Source of the DNA: TPA_inf: Saccharomyces
Lineage: Eukaryota
Assembly: GCA_000146045.2 (NCBI GenBank)
Contig: BK006935.2
Coordinates: 32,001 to 96,000, forward strand
Length of the DNA: 64,000 nt
Direction: 5' to 3'
The translations under genes and the position numbers were made by a program. The notes under the pieces are model-generated. The model ran no database searches. It saw only the letters and a program-made list of their open reading frames with translations, and was not told the DNA's origin. Positions 1-10,880 of this stretch are shown here, in pieces (positions within the stretch are counted from its first letter, which is position 1; each line of letters opens with the position of its first letter).

Positions 1-940
1 AGACGTGCCCGCAGGAGATATTGGTGTCGGTGGCCGTGAAATTGGCTACCTATTCGGCGCTTACAGATCATACAAGAACTCCTGGGAAGGTGTGTTGACT
101 GGTAAGGGTTTAAACTGGGGTGGCTCACTTATCAGGCCGGAGGCCACCGGGTTCGGCTTAGTTTACTATACGCAAGCAATGATCGATTATGCAACAAACG
201 GCAAGGAGTCGTTTGAGGGCAAACGTGTGACAATCTCCGGAAGTGGCAATGTTGCGCAATATGCAGCTTTGAAAGTGATCGAGCTGGGTGGTATTGTGGT
301 GTCTTTATCCGATTCGAAGGGGTGCATCATCTCTGAGACGGGCATTACTTCTGAGCAAATTCACGATATCGCTTCCGCCAAGATCCGTTTCAAGTCGTTA
401 GAGGAAATCGTTGATGAATACTCTACTTTCAGCGAAAGTAAGATGAAGTACGTTGCAGGAGCACGCCCATGGACGCATGTGAGCAACGTCGACATTGCCT
501 TGCCCTGTGCCACCCAAAACGAGGTCAGTGGTGACGAAGCCAAGGCCCTAGTGGCATCTGGCGTTAAGTTCGTTGCCGAAGGTGCTAACATGGGTTCTAC
601 ACCCGAGGCTATTTCTGTTTTCGAAACAGCGCGTAGCACTGCAACCAATGCAAAGGATGCAGTTTGGTTTGGGCCACCAAAGGCAGCTAACCTGGGCGGC
701 GTGGCAGTATCCGGTCTGGAAATGGCTCAGAATTCTCAAAAAGTAACTTGGACTGCCGAGCGGGTCGATCAAGAACTAAAGAAGATAATGATCAACTGCT
801 TCAACGACTGCATACAGGCCGCACAAGAGTACTCTACGGAAAAAAATACAAACACCTTGCCATCATTGGTCAAGGGGGCCAACATTGCCAGCTTCGTCAT
901 GGTGGCTGACGCAATGCTTGACCAGGGAGACGTTTTTTAG
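1..940 (+). CDS. GDH3: NADP-glutamate dehydrogenase, C-terminal ~312 aa; the 5' end lies outside the window
   Basis: The translation ...[22 protein letters not shown]...[10 protein letters not shown]... is typical of the GDH family. The frame is open from the window edge, and the ORF caller's 'M' at position 5 is a GTG codon. Stop TAG at 938-940. Confidence 0.9.
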
Positions 941-1447
941 CCGTAAGCGCTATTTTCTTTTTGTTCGTAACTATCTGTGTATGTAGTAGTGTAATCTACT
1001 TTTAATTTACTATGCAAATAGGGTTCAGCATTACGGAAGAAACTGAAATCCCTTCCGCGGAAGTTTCTTAGTAGTGGCCGTGCGGGGTGAGGAGATTACA
1101 TGTCGGTAATTAGATGATTAACCTAGGCAATTTGAAGGGGGATAGTGGCATTGGTTAGCTCAGATATGATAAGGAGAACTAAGCAAGGGGGTTAACCACC
1201 ACGGCTGTAGCACAAGACCGGCAGATGCGATTATTAGCAACACATTAGTTAATGCTTTTGATAAAATGTATATAAAGGCTGTCGTAATGTGCAGTAGTAA
1301 GGACCTGACTGTGTTTGTGGTTCTCTTCATTCTTGAACCTTGTCATTGGTAAAAGACCATCGTCAAGATATTTGAAAGTTAATAGACAGTTAACAATAAT
1401 AACAACAGCAATAAGAATAACAATAAATTCATTGAACATATTTCAGA

Positions 1448-2701
1448 ATGAGAGCCTTAGCGTATTTCGGTAAAGGTAACATCAGATTCACCAACCATTT
1501 AAAGGAGCCACATATTGTGGCGCCCGATGAGCTTGTGATTGATATCGAATGGTGTGGTATTTGCGGTACGGACCTGCATGAGTACACAGATGGTCCTATC
1601 TTTTTCCCAGAAGATGGACACACACATGAGATTAGTCATAACCCATTGCCACAGGCGATGGGCCACGAAATGGCTGGTACCGTTTTGGAGGTGGGCCCTG
1701 GTGTGAAAAACTTGAAAGTGGGAGACAAGGTAGTTGTCGAGCCCACAGGTACATGCAGAGACCGGTATCGTTGGCCCCTGTCGCCAAACGTTGACAAGGA
1801 ATGGTGCGCTGCTTGCAAAAAGGGCTACTATAACATTTGTTCATATTTGGGGCTTTGTGGTGCGGGTGTGCAGAGCGGTGGATTTGCAGAACGTGTTGTG
1901 ATGAACGAATCTCACTGCTACAAAGTACCGGACTTCGTGCCCTTAGACGTTGCAGCTTTGATTCAACCGTTGGCTGTGTGCTGGCATGCAATTAGAGTCT
2001 GCGAGTTCAAAGCAGGCTCTACGGCTTTGATCATTGGTGCTGGCCCCATCGGACTGGGCACGATACTGGCGTTGAACGCTGCAGGTTGCAAGGACATCGT
2101 CGTTTCAGAGCCTGCCAAGGTAAGAAGAGAACTGGCTGAAAAAATGGGTGCCAGGGTTTACGACCCAACTGCGCACGCTGCCAAGGAGAGCATTGATTAT
2201 CTGAGGTCGATTGCTGATGGTGGAGACGGCTTCGATTACACATTTGATTGCTCCGGGTTGGAAGTCACATTGAATGCTGCTATTCAGTGTCTCACTTTCA
2301 GAGGCACCGCAGTGAACTTGGCCATGTGGGGCCATCACAAGATACAGTTTTCTCCGATGGACATCACATTGCATGAAAGAAAGTACACAGGGTCCATGTG
2401 CTACACACACCACGATTTTGAGGCAGTAATAGAAGCTTTGGAAGAAGGCAGGATTGACATTGATAGAGCAAGACATATGATAACGGGCAGAGTCAACATT
2501 GAGGACGGCCTTGATGGCGCCATCATGAAGCTGATAAACGAGAAGGAGTCTACAATCAAGATTATTCTGACTCCAAACAATCACGGAGAGTTGAACAGGG
2601 AAGCCGATAATGAGAAGAAAGAAATTTCCGAGCTGAGCAGTCGGAAAGATCAAGAAAGACTACGAGAATCAATAAACGAGGCTAAACTGCGTCACACATG
2701 A
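1448..2701 (+). CDS. BDH2: Medium-chain (Zn) alcohol dehydrogenase, paralog of BDH1, 417 aa
   Basis: ATG-initiated 417-aa ORF with the MDR Zn-ADH motifs GHEMAG and GAGPIGL. Its first ~380 aa are collinear with the downstream BDH1 ORF, and it carries an extra K/E-rich C-terminal tail. Confidence 0.92.
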   Translation: MRALAYFGKGNIRFTNHLKEPHIVAPDELVIDIEWCGICGTDLHEYTDGPIFFPEDGHTHEISHNPLPQAMGHEMAGTVLEVGPGVKNLKVGDKVVVEPTGTCRDRYRWPLSPNVDKEWCAACKKGYYNICSYLGLCGAGVQSGGFAERVVMNESHCYKVPDFVPLDVAALIQPLAVCWHAIRVCEFKAGSTALIIGAGPIGLGTILALNAAGCKDIVVSEPAKVRRELAEKMGARVYDPTAHAAKESIDYLRSIADGGDGFDYTFDCSGLEVTLNAAIQCLTFRGTAVNLAMWGHHKIQFSPMDITLHERKYTGSMCYTHHDFEAVIEALEEGRIDIDRARHMITGRVNIEDGLDGAIMKLINEKESTIKIILTPNNHGELNREADNEKKEISELSSRKDQERLRESINEAKLRHT

Positions 2702-3154
2702 TTGTGATTGAGTACTCACGTTCTCGTGTTAATCCCGCGGTCTTCTTGTTTTACTAACTTTTCTTTCTCTCATAGCATTCTCTTGACAGTGTTTTATATA
2801 CATCATATGTACATTTATCGAGCCAATCGAGGGCAGCAGTTTAACATCAAGCCGGATTTGCTCACGCTACTTTGACCCCTTTTCGTTTCGACGGAGAGAA
2901 GAAACCGGTGTTTTCCTATCCTTGCCTATTCTTTCCTCCTTACGGGGTCCTAGCCTGTTTCTCTTGATATGATAATAGGTGGAAACGTAGAAAAAAAAAT
3001 CGACATATAAAAGTGGGGCAGATACTTCGTGTGACAATGGCCAATTCAAGCCCTTTGGGCAGATGTTGCCCTTCTTCTTTCTTAAAAAGTCTTAGTACGA
3101 TTGACCAAGTCAGAAAAAAAAAAAAAAAGGAACTAAAAAAAGTTTTAATTAATT

Positions 3155-4303
3155 ATGAGAGCTTTGGCATATTTCAAGAAGGGTGATATTCACTTCACTA
3201 ATGATATCCCTAGGCCAGAAATCCAAACCGACGATGAGGTTATTATCGACGTCTCTTGGTGTGGGATTTGTGGCTCGGATCTTCACGAGTACTTGGATGG
3301 TCCAATCTTCATGCCTAAAGATGGAGAGTGCCATAAATTATCCAACGCTGCTTTACCTCTGGCAATGGGCCATGAGATGTCAGGAATTGTTTCCAAGGTT
3401 GGTCCTAAAGTGACAAAGGTGAAGGTTGGCGACCACGTGGTCGTTGATGCTGCCAGCAGTTGTGCGGACCTGCATTGCTGGCCACACTCCAAATTTTACA
3501 ATTCCAAACCATGTGATGCTTGTCAGAGGGGCAGTGAAAATCTATGTACCCACGCCGGTTTTGTAGGACTAGGTGTGATCAGTGGTGGCTTTGCTGAACA
3601 AGTCGTAGTCTCTCAACATCACATTATCCCGGTTCCAAAGGAAATTCCTCTAGATGTGGCTGCTTTAGTTGAGCCTCTTTCTGTCACCTGGCATGCTGTT
3701 AAGATTTCTGGTTTCAAAAAAGGCAGTTCAGCCTTGGTTCTTGGTGCAGGTCCCATTGGGTTGTGTACCATTTTGGTACTTAAGGGAATGGGGGCTAGTA
3801 AAATTGTAGTGTCTGAAATTGCAGAGAGAAGAATAGAAATGGCCAAGAAACTGGGCGTTGAGGTGTTCAATCCCTCCAAGCACGGTCATAAATCTATAGA
3901 GATACTACGTGGTTTGACCAAGAGCCATGATGGGTTTGATTACAGTTATGATTGTTCTGGTATTCAAGTTACTTTCGAAACCTCTTTGAAGGCATTAACA
4001 TTCAAGGGGACAGCCACCAACATTGCAGTTTGGGGTCCAAAACCTGTCCCATTCCAACCAATGGATGTGACTCTCCAAGAGAAAGTTATGACTGGTTCGA
4101 TCGGCTATGTTGTCGAAGACTTCGAAGAAGTTGTTCGTGCCATCCACAACGGAGACATCGCCATGGAAGATTGTAAGCAACTAATCACTGGTAAGCAAAG
4201 GATTGAGGACGGTTGGGAAAAGGGATTCCAAGAGTTGATGGATCACAAGGAATCCAACGTTAAGATTCTATTGACGCCTAACAATCACGGTGAAATGAAG
4301 TAA
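3155..4303 (+). CDS. BDH1: (2R,3R)-2,3-butanediol dehydrogenase, 382 aa
   Basis: 382-aa ORF MRALAYFKKGDIHFTNDIPRPEI...LLTPNNHGEMK with the MDR Zn-ADH motifs. Confidence 0.93.
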   Translation: MRALAYFKKGDIHFTNDIPRPEIQTDDEVIIDVSWCGICGSDLHEYLDGPIFMPKDGECHKLSNAALPLAMGHEMSGIVSKVGPKVTKVKVGDHVVVDAASSCADLHCWPHSKFYNSKPCDACQRGSENLCTHAGFVGLGVISGGFAEQVVVSQHHIIPVPKEIPLDVAALVEPLSVTWHAVKISGFKKGSSALVLGAGPIGLCTILVLKGMGASKIVVSEIAERRIEMAKKLGVEVFNPSKHGHKSIEILRGLTKSHDGFDYSYDCSGIQVTFETSLKALTFKGTATNIAVWGPKPVPFQPMDVTLQEKVMTGSIGYVVEDFEEVVRAIHNGDIAMEDCKQLITGKQRIEDGWEKGFQELMDHKESNVKILLTPNNHGEMK

Positions 4304-4508
4304 TGACAAAATAATATTTGGGGCCCCTCGCGGCTCATTTGTAGTATCTAAGATTATGTATTTTCTTTTATAATATTTGTTGTTATGAAACAGACAGAAG
4401 TAAGTTTCTGCGACTATATTATTTTTTTTTTTCTTCTTTTTTTTTCCTTTATTCAACTTGGCGATGAGCTGAAAATTTTTTTGGTTAAGGACCCTTTAGA
4501 AGTATTGA

Positions 4509-5147
4509 ATGTGGGAACAAAGACGACAAAAGGTAGTTTTTTCCTTGACTATACTGGTAAGATATCGTCTAAAACAAAGCATGGCCAAGAAAATATCAAA
4601 GAATTCAAGAGCTGCTAGACAATCGGATGCTCTTGAACCAGAGGTAAAGGATTTAAGTGAACTACCTAGAGCTGAAAAAACCGATTTGACTAATATTTTG
4701 ATTAGAACAGCAGCCAAGAATGAGGCATTGCTGGAAGCAAAGATATCTAAGAAAGCCAATAAAAGTAAGAGGGGCAAGAAGTTAAATAAAAAGGCTCTGG
4801 AAGACAAACTGGCCAACTCTATTTCATCCATGGACAGGGATCGTTTAGTGAAGGCCTTGAATTTTACCAATCGTCTGGACGGTAAAATTGCCAAGTCCAT
4901 TTCTCGTGCCAAGTACATTCAAAATACAAGAAAGGCTGGCTGGGATAGCACCAATGAGACTATAAAAAAAGAGCTGGCTTTTTTGAACGGAGGGTTGTCT
5001 GTGCAGGCAAAAAGTGCTAGTGAAGGTAATGCTGAAAAGGAAGATGAGGAGATCCCAGAAGTTTTTGACTCTTTAGCAGAGGATAACACAGTGCAGAAGA
5101 CTCCTACAAATAGATTCGGTGTCCTGCCAGACGATGTTGAAGAATAG
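4509..5147 (+). CDS. ECM1: Pre-ribosomal / 60S export-associated protein, 212 aa
   Basis: 212-aa ORF from the first ATG (MWEQRRQK...MAKKISKNSRAARQSD...), basic and K-rich. The size and sequence match ECM1. Confidence 0.85.
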   Translation: MWEQRRQKVVFSLTILVRYRLKQSMAKKISKNSRAARQSDALEPEVKDLSELPRAEKTDLTNILIRTAAKNEALLEAKISKKANKSKRGKKLNKKALEDKLANSISSMDRDRLVKALNFTNRLDGKIAKSISRAKYIQNTRKAGWDSTNETIKKELAFLNGGLSVQAKSASEGNAEKEDEEIPEVFDSLAEDNTVQKTPTNRFGVLPDDVEE

Positions 5148-5463
5148 AAAATTTTCATATGAAAGGTCCTAGGAATACACGATTCTTGTACGCATTCTTC
5201 TTTTTTCTATCTTCTTTCATTCTTTGTACATTAGATAACATGGTTTTAGCTTAGTTTTATTTTATTTTTTATATATCTGGATGTATACTATTATTGAAAA
5301 ACTTCATTAATAGTTACAACTTTTTCAATATCAAGTTGATTAAGAAAAAGAAAATTATTATGGGTTAGCTGAAAACCGTGTGATGCATGTCGTTTAAGGA
5401 TTGTGTAAAAAAGTGAACGGCAACGCATTTCTAATATAGATAACGGCCACACAAAGTAGTACT

Positions 5464-6972
5464 ATGAAATTTTCTGCGTATTTATGGTGGCTGTTTTTGA
5501 ATCTAGCGTTGGTGAAAGGCACTTCATTGCTATCCAACGTTACATTAGCGGAAGATTCTTTCTGGGAGCATTTTCAGGCTTACACTAATACAAAGCATTT
5601 AAACCAAGAGTGGATCACAAGTGAAGCCGTCAACAATGAAGGCTCTAAAATATATGGTGCACAATGGCGACTATCACAGGGTCGATTGCAAGGATCCGCA
5701 TGGGATAAAGGAATCGCAGTTCGAACAGGCAATGCCGCAGCTATGATAGGACATCTCTTGGAGACACCTATTAATGTTTCAGAAACGGATACCTTGGTTG
5801 TCCAGTACGAAATTAAGTTGGACAATTCTTTGACGTGCGGCGGTGCGTTTATTAAGTTAATGTCTGGTTTCATGAATGTTGAAGCATTAAAACACTATGC
5901 ACCCGATACAGAGGGTGTCGAGTTAGTTTTTGGTCCGGATTATTGTGCTCCTGAAATAAATGGCGTGCAATTTGCCATCAATAAGGTTGACAAGATCACA
6001 CATGAATCTAAACTAAGATATTTGCAAGAGATGCCCCTGTCAAAATTAACTGATACCTCGCAATCTCATCTGTATACGCTCATAATAGATGAATCAGCGC
6101 AGTCTTTTCAAATTCTTATAGACGGTAAGACGGTTATGGTAAGAGAACATATCGAAGACAAGAAAAAGGTCAATTTTGAGCCACCCATTACACCGCCTTT
6201 AATGATTCCTGATGTTTCAGTAGCGAAACCGCATGATTGGGATGATCGCATCCGAATCCCAGATCCTGAGGCGGTGAAGCTCAGTGATCGGGATGAACGA
6301 GACCCATTGATGATTCCACATCCAGATGGCACTGAACCACCAGAATGGAACAGCTCCATCCCCGAATACATTCTTGACCCAAATGCTCAAAAGCCCTCGT
6401 GGTGGAAGGAACTTGAGCACGGGGAATGGATACCGCCCATGATTAAAAATCCTCTTTGCACTGCAGAACGTGGTTGTGGCCAGCAGATACCAGGGCTGAT
6501 AAATAATGCCAAGTACAAAGGTCCAGGCGAACTCAATGAAATCATAAATCCCAATTACATGGGGGAATGGCATCCACCGGAAATTGAAAACCCGCTATAC
6601 TACGAAGAGCAGCACCCATTGCGCATCGAAAACGTTATCAGTGGTGTGATCCTCGAGTTTTGGAGTGGATCTCCAAACATGTTGATAAGCAACATTTATG
6701 TTGGTAAAAATGTAACAGAGGCGCAAATTATTGGGAATAAGACTTGGCTGATGAGAGACCGCGCGTTTAGAGGCTCCGATGGCCCCACAGAACGCAAATT
6801 CATGAATAGCAGACTAGGAAATCTACAAACAACTTTCCATAACGAAAGAGAATCCCCTAATCCATTTGACCGCATTATAGATCGCATATTAGAGCAACCT
6901 CTGAAATTTGTGCTTACTGCGGCCGTCGTGCTCTTGACGACGTCGGTTCTTTGTTGTGTAGTATTTACATAG
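5464..6972 (+). CDS. CNE1: Calnexin homolog (ER chaperone), 502 aa
   Basis: N-terminal signal peptide, calnexin P-domain repeats (PxxWDD.., PDPxAxKPxDWDD) and a C-terminal transmembrane segment. 502 aa. Confidence 0.93.
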   Translation: MKFSAYLWWLFLNLALVKGTSLLSNVTLAEDSFWEHFQAYTNTKHLNQEWITSEAVNNEGSKIYGAQWRLSQGRLQGSAWDKGIAVRTGNAAAMIGHLLETPINVSETDTLVVQYEIKLDNSLTCGGAFIKLMSGFMNVEALKHYAPDTEGVELVFGPDYCAPEINGVQFAINKVDKITHESKLRYLQEMPLSKLTDTSQSHLYTLIIDESAQSFQILIDGKTVMVREHIEDKKKVNFEPPITPPLMIPDVSVAKPHDWDDRIRIPDPEAVKLSDRDERDPLMIPHPDGTEPPEWNSSIPEYILDPNAQKPSWWKELEHGEWIPPMIKNPLCTAERGCGQQIPGLINNAKYKGPGELNEIINPNYMGEWHPPEIENPLYYEEQHPLRIENVISGVILEFWSGSPNMLISNIYVGKNVTEAQIIGNKTWLMRDRAFRGSDGPTERKFMNSRLGNLQTTFHNERESPNPFDRIIDRILEQPLKFVLTAAVVLLTTSVLCCVVFT

Positions 6973-7258
6973 TGGACAAGTGTTAGTTTATAACATGGTC
7001 TCAATAATTGCACCACAACGGCTTCTCTTTTATAGATGGTTAACATTATAGTATCAATATTATCATCATGATTAAATGATGATGTATAATACTTACCCGA
7101 TGTTAAATCTTATTTTTTCATGCAGTAAGTAATCATGCAACAAGAAAAACCCGTAATTAAGCGAACATAGAACAACTAGCATCCCCGATAAGACGGAATA
7201 GAATAGTAAAGATTGTGATTCATTGGCAGGTCCATTGTCGCATTACTAAATCATAGGC

Positions 7259-9901
7259 ATGGAAATTTCCAGTTCACCATGGAACGACGGTGGATACAGC
7301 CCCTATGAGAGAAACAGAGTCGCTGTATCACCATTTTCATCAGCGTTGGAAGGCGAAGAACGAATAGAAACCTCTCGATCTTTGGGTGATCATTGCTTTG
7401 AACCTTTGCCATACGTGACGAATTATCTTTCTATTTTCGCGCTTTTTGGTAAAGAGATATTTGGTGACAAGGGAAATGTGAGCTCAAGAAATGAATATTT
7501 GCTAAAAAAATACTACTCTTTGAAAAAGCCATTTGTATTGCGACATAATGGGCATGCGTTGAAGAATCCCGACATGCCACTCCAGAGGAATGACATATTG
7601 CAAACCAATTTCATGGTTGACAAATTTCTGAATCGTACTGTGCGGTCAGTGAATTTTAATAATTTCAAGATAATATCAGATATGCAAAGTAAAAGCGGTC
7701 GAGGAACAAAGTCAGGCACAAATCAGAATCAAAGTGCCGACGCTATTCAAAATATTTGTCTACCATCTATACCGTCGGCGTTGCCTTATTTCCAGTATTA
7801 TAGGAAGCTATTGACAGTTAATACCAAAGAATGGGATATTTTAAAACTGCACAGTTTATGGGTACCAAAGCTAAGGAAGGATTTTAAAGATTTTTCGTTG
7901 TATGGTGATAAAAACTCTTTAAAGCCGATCGATAGTCACTATGATGAGGATAATACCATGAAGAAAAATTTATTTTTTGAAAGATCTCCAAGTCGACAGA
8001 CTCTAGATGGTAAAGGGTGTGCCTCTAAGGGGTATGACATTTCTTCCGGTAATATGATTATCCCATCCCTATTTTCTGAAGATAAGCTGCCGGCTTTAAC
8101 TTATCATTGTTCCGTAGAATTAAATGGAAACATTTACATATTTGGGGGATTGATGCCATGCTACAGCTATGAGGAGGATGCGCCGATGCTGAACGATTTT
8201 TTTGTAGACGGAATAAAGAACTTACCTCCGCCTTTACTACCTCAAGTGATTAATAATCCATCAATGGTCAATAATCCTCATCTTTATGTCGCTTCTATAC
8301 CATCATGCCGGTTTAGCAAACCTAAAATGGGGGGTTATATACCGCCTCCATTGCTATGTGTTCAAGGATCCAAATTAACGGACCGACATATTTTCTTTTA
8401 TGGCGGATTTGAAATCAGGACAGAAACCCGTGGTGATGAAAATGGGAAGTATCATCTCAAGAAAAGATTATATGTGAATAACACTGGTTACATACTCGAT
8501 ATTATGTCGTTCAAGTTCACTAAAATAGATATCATAGTACAACCTTCCAAATATAATGCATATCCGACAATGTCATCGAGGTTTGGTCACTTACAAATTT
8601 CTATTGATAATCCAAATAGGAGAGCTAGCGTTCATTCTTCAAGCATGAACGAAATTCATAAAATGGGGAGTGCTTCCATGAAACAAGGTAGCAGCATCAC
8701 TTCCGGGCGGCTTGAAAAAGCAGCAGTACTTTCATCATTACCTCATAATACTGTGCACACGGTTATAATATTTGGTGGTTACAGACAAACCGGTGATGAT
8801 CGTTACGAAGCAATGAATGATTTGTGGAAGATAGAGATACCCGTGATACGTCGCGGTAAAAAAGGTTATTGTAAGTTTTCAGAGACAGCTAACGCGATAC
8901 TACTGACGCCAAGCGAAAAGGACAAATCGGATTGGCCCGAAGAAAGAGCCTTTTCTGCCTTTTCTGTTCATGGGACTTCGTTAATGGATAGGAGTTCTCT
9001 TGACATGAGACTATTGAACAACTTAAAAAACCATTTTGTTTTAAAACCGTCATATATATCACAGGATCGCGTTGTTAGTCCTAAACCGGTTTTCCCCATG
9101 ATGGTTCATGGCACGCATCAAGATCTTTTCAATAGTGGCTCTGCGGCACAAGAATCGCCCAAAGCTGGTGCCTCGGCCAGCAGCGCAAGTGCTGCGAGCT
9201 TTGATCCCGATATGGACGATAATTTGGAAAATTATATAGTCAATCCAGGGAGAAAATCGTCATCTATTCCAATGACTGCGATAGGGAGACAGAGATTAAT
9301 TTTAAGCCAAGAGAAGCCAGTAGGTAAAACTGTTGTATTGCATGGTGGGTCTAACGGTCTCAACGTTCTTGATGATATGTGGTTGATGGACTTAGAGTGT
9401 GAGACATGGACTCCAATAGAGACATTTGCAAAGGCAGATTCGAGCGAAGACGGTGATGAAAAATTGGATAGTGTGAACGTAGGTCTCGTTGGCCACAGAA
9501 TGGAAAGTATTGGACGAATATGTGTATGTATAGGTGGTATGGTACAAGAGGATGTTGACCAATTTTACTCGGAGAATGATGATGAGCCTCCTCGAAAACG
9601 CAAGGTCGATACATTACCGTTGGGTGGTAATTTTTTGAACACAATTGATTTAAGCACGCAGTGTTGGGAAGAACATAAAATTACTCTGTCCAAGAAGGAA
9701 GACGATGAGGACAGACAAGATAGCGAAAATGAAGATACAAATTCAAATATAGTAGTTGGTGTCGGTGGCACTTCTTTGCAATGTGACAAAAGTATTATTT
9801 TGATTGGCGGATTGATATCTAGACGGAGCAATGTAAAAGAAATATATTTACATGGTACCATAACGAAAAGTATTTTTCCTAGCGTAAATCCTAGTGCATA
9901 A
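7259..9901 (+). CDS. GPB2: Kelch-repeat protein, 880 aa
   Basis: 880-aa ORF MEISSSPWNDGGYSPYERNRV... with repeated kelch-like IFGG/IYIFGG blocks. Confidence 0.9.
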   Translation: MEISSSPWNDGGYSPYERNRVAVSPFSSALEGEERIETSRSLGDHCFEPLPYVTNYLSIFALFGKEIFGDKGNVSSRNEYLLKKYYSLKKPFVLRHNGHALKNPDMPLQRNDILQTNFMVDKFLNRTVRSVNFNNFKIISDMQSKSGRGTKSGTNQNQSADAIQNICLPSIPSALPYFQYYRKLLTVNTKEWDILKLHSLWVPKLRKDFKDFSLYGDKNSLKPIDSHYDEDNTMKKNLFFERSPSRQTLDGKGCASKGYDISSGNMIIPSLFSEDKLPALTYHCSVELNGNIYIFGGLMPCYSYEEDAPMLNDFFVDGIKNLPPPLLPQVINNPSMVNNPHLYVASIPSCRFSKPKMGGYIPPPLLCVQGSKLTDRHIFFYGGFEIRTETRGDENGKYHLKKRLYVNNTGYILDIMSFKFTKIDIIVQPSKYNAYPTMSSRFGHLQISIDNPNRRASVHSSSMNEIHKMGSASMKQGSSITSGRLEKAAVLSSLPHNTVHTVIIFGGYRQTGDDRYEAMNDLWKIEIPVIRRGKKGYCKFSETANAILLTPSEKDKSDWPEERAFSAFSVHGTSLMDRSSLDMRLLNNLKNHFVLKPSYISQDRVVSPKPVFPMMVHGTHQDLFNSGSAAQESPKAGASASSASAASFDPDMDDNLENYIVNPGRKSSSIPMTAIGRQRLILSQEKPVGKTVVLHGGSNGLNVLDDMWLMDLECETWTPIETFAKADSSEDGDEKLDSVNVGLVGHRMESIGRICVCIGGMVQEDVDQFYSENDDEPPRKRKVDTLPLGGNFLNTIDLSTQCWEEHKITLSKKEDDEDRQDSENEDTNSNIVVGVGGTSLQCDKSIILIGGLISRRSNVKEIYLHGTITKSIFPSVNPSA

Positions 9902-10176
9902 AAAGGCAGTTTTCAATGCTTTCACTTTGTAAACTTTGTTTAGTAGTAGAATATAATATATTCAGTTTTGTTTTATAGTCACATAACACTTTGTCTTTCA
10001 AAGAATAATCTCCTTCGCAATACCAGCGAAATATTTTGGCAAAAAATTAACAATTAGGTTCATAGTCCCCTAATTCAATTAATCGAAAAAAAAAAAATAA
10101 AATATAAGGGAAGATTGTGCTGATGAAATAGACAATGAAACAATAATGAAGAATAAAGAAGAAGAAGATATAAAAC

Positions 10177-10719
10177 ATGCCACCACCATCAAGAAGTAGA
10201 ATAAACAAAACAAGAACATTAGGAATAGTGGGTACAGCTATAGCAGTGTTGGTCACGTCCTACTATATATATCAAAAGGTGACAAGTGCAAAGGAAGATA
10301 ATGGGGCACGACCTCCAGAGGGTGATTCAGTAAAAGAGAACAAAAAGGCAAGGAAGAGCAAATGTATTATAATGAGCAAGTCGATACAAGGACTGCCCAT
10401 AAAGTGGGAGGAGTACGCCGCTGATGAAGTGGTTTTGCTGGTACCTACGAGCCACACTGATGGATCAATGAAACAAGCCATTGGGGATGCCTTTCGCAAG
10501 ACGAAAAACGAACACAAAATCATATATTGCGATAGCATGGATGGATTATGGTCATGTGTAAGACGGCTAGGTAAATTTCAGTGCATATTGAACTCCAGGG
10601 ACTTCACAAGTAGTGGTGGTAGCGATGCAGCAGTCGTTCCTGAAGATATAGGCAGGTTTGTCAAATTTGTTGTTGATAGCGATGTAGAGGATGTGCTGAT
10701 TGACACTTTATGCAATTAA
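10177..10719 (+). CDS. PEX22: Peroxisomal membrane anchor for Pex4, 180 aa
   Basis: 180-aa ORF MPPPSRSRINKTRTLGIVGTAIAVLVTSYYIY... with an N-terminal transmembrane anchor. Confidence 0.9.
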   Translation: MPPPSRSRINKTRTLGIVGTAIAVLVTSYYIYQKVTSAKEDNGARPPEGDSVKENKKARKSKCIIMSKSIQGLPIKWEEYAADEVVLLVPTSHTDGSMKQAIGDAFRKTKNEHKIIYCDSMDGLWSCVRRLGKFQCILNSRDFTSSGGSDAAVVPEDIGRFVKFVVDSDVEDVLIDTLCN

Positions 10720-10880
10720 TGTAGAAAAGAGTTTCTTGTAACAGTATGTAAAGAATAAATAATTATAAGTATAAATAAAAAGAGAAGGTGAAATAATAAT
10801 AAGTAAGCAGCTCGGTTATAAGAGAACAAAAACACACGAAAAAAAAAAAGTCGTCAATATAAAAAGGAAAGAAATCATCA

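Noticed and set aside
2105-2653. 182-aa minus-strand ORF inside BDH2, plus the 1632-1991 minus-strand ORF
   Set aside because: Antisense to a clear MDR dehydrogenase ORF with no motif; a chance open frame.
4496-4918. 140-aa minus-strand ORF overlapping ECM1
   Set aside because: Fully antisense to a recognised gene with a low-complexity hydrophobic product; it corresponds to the kind of ORF usually classed as dubious.
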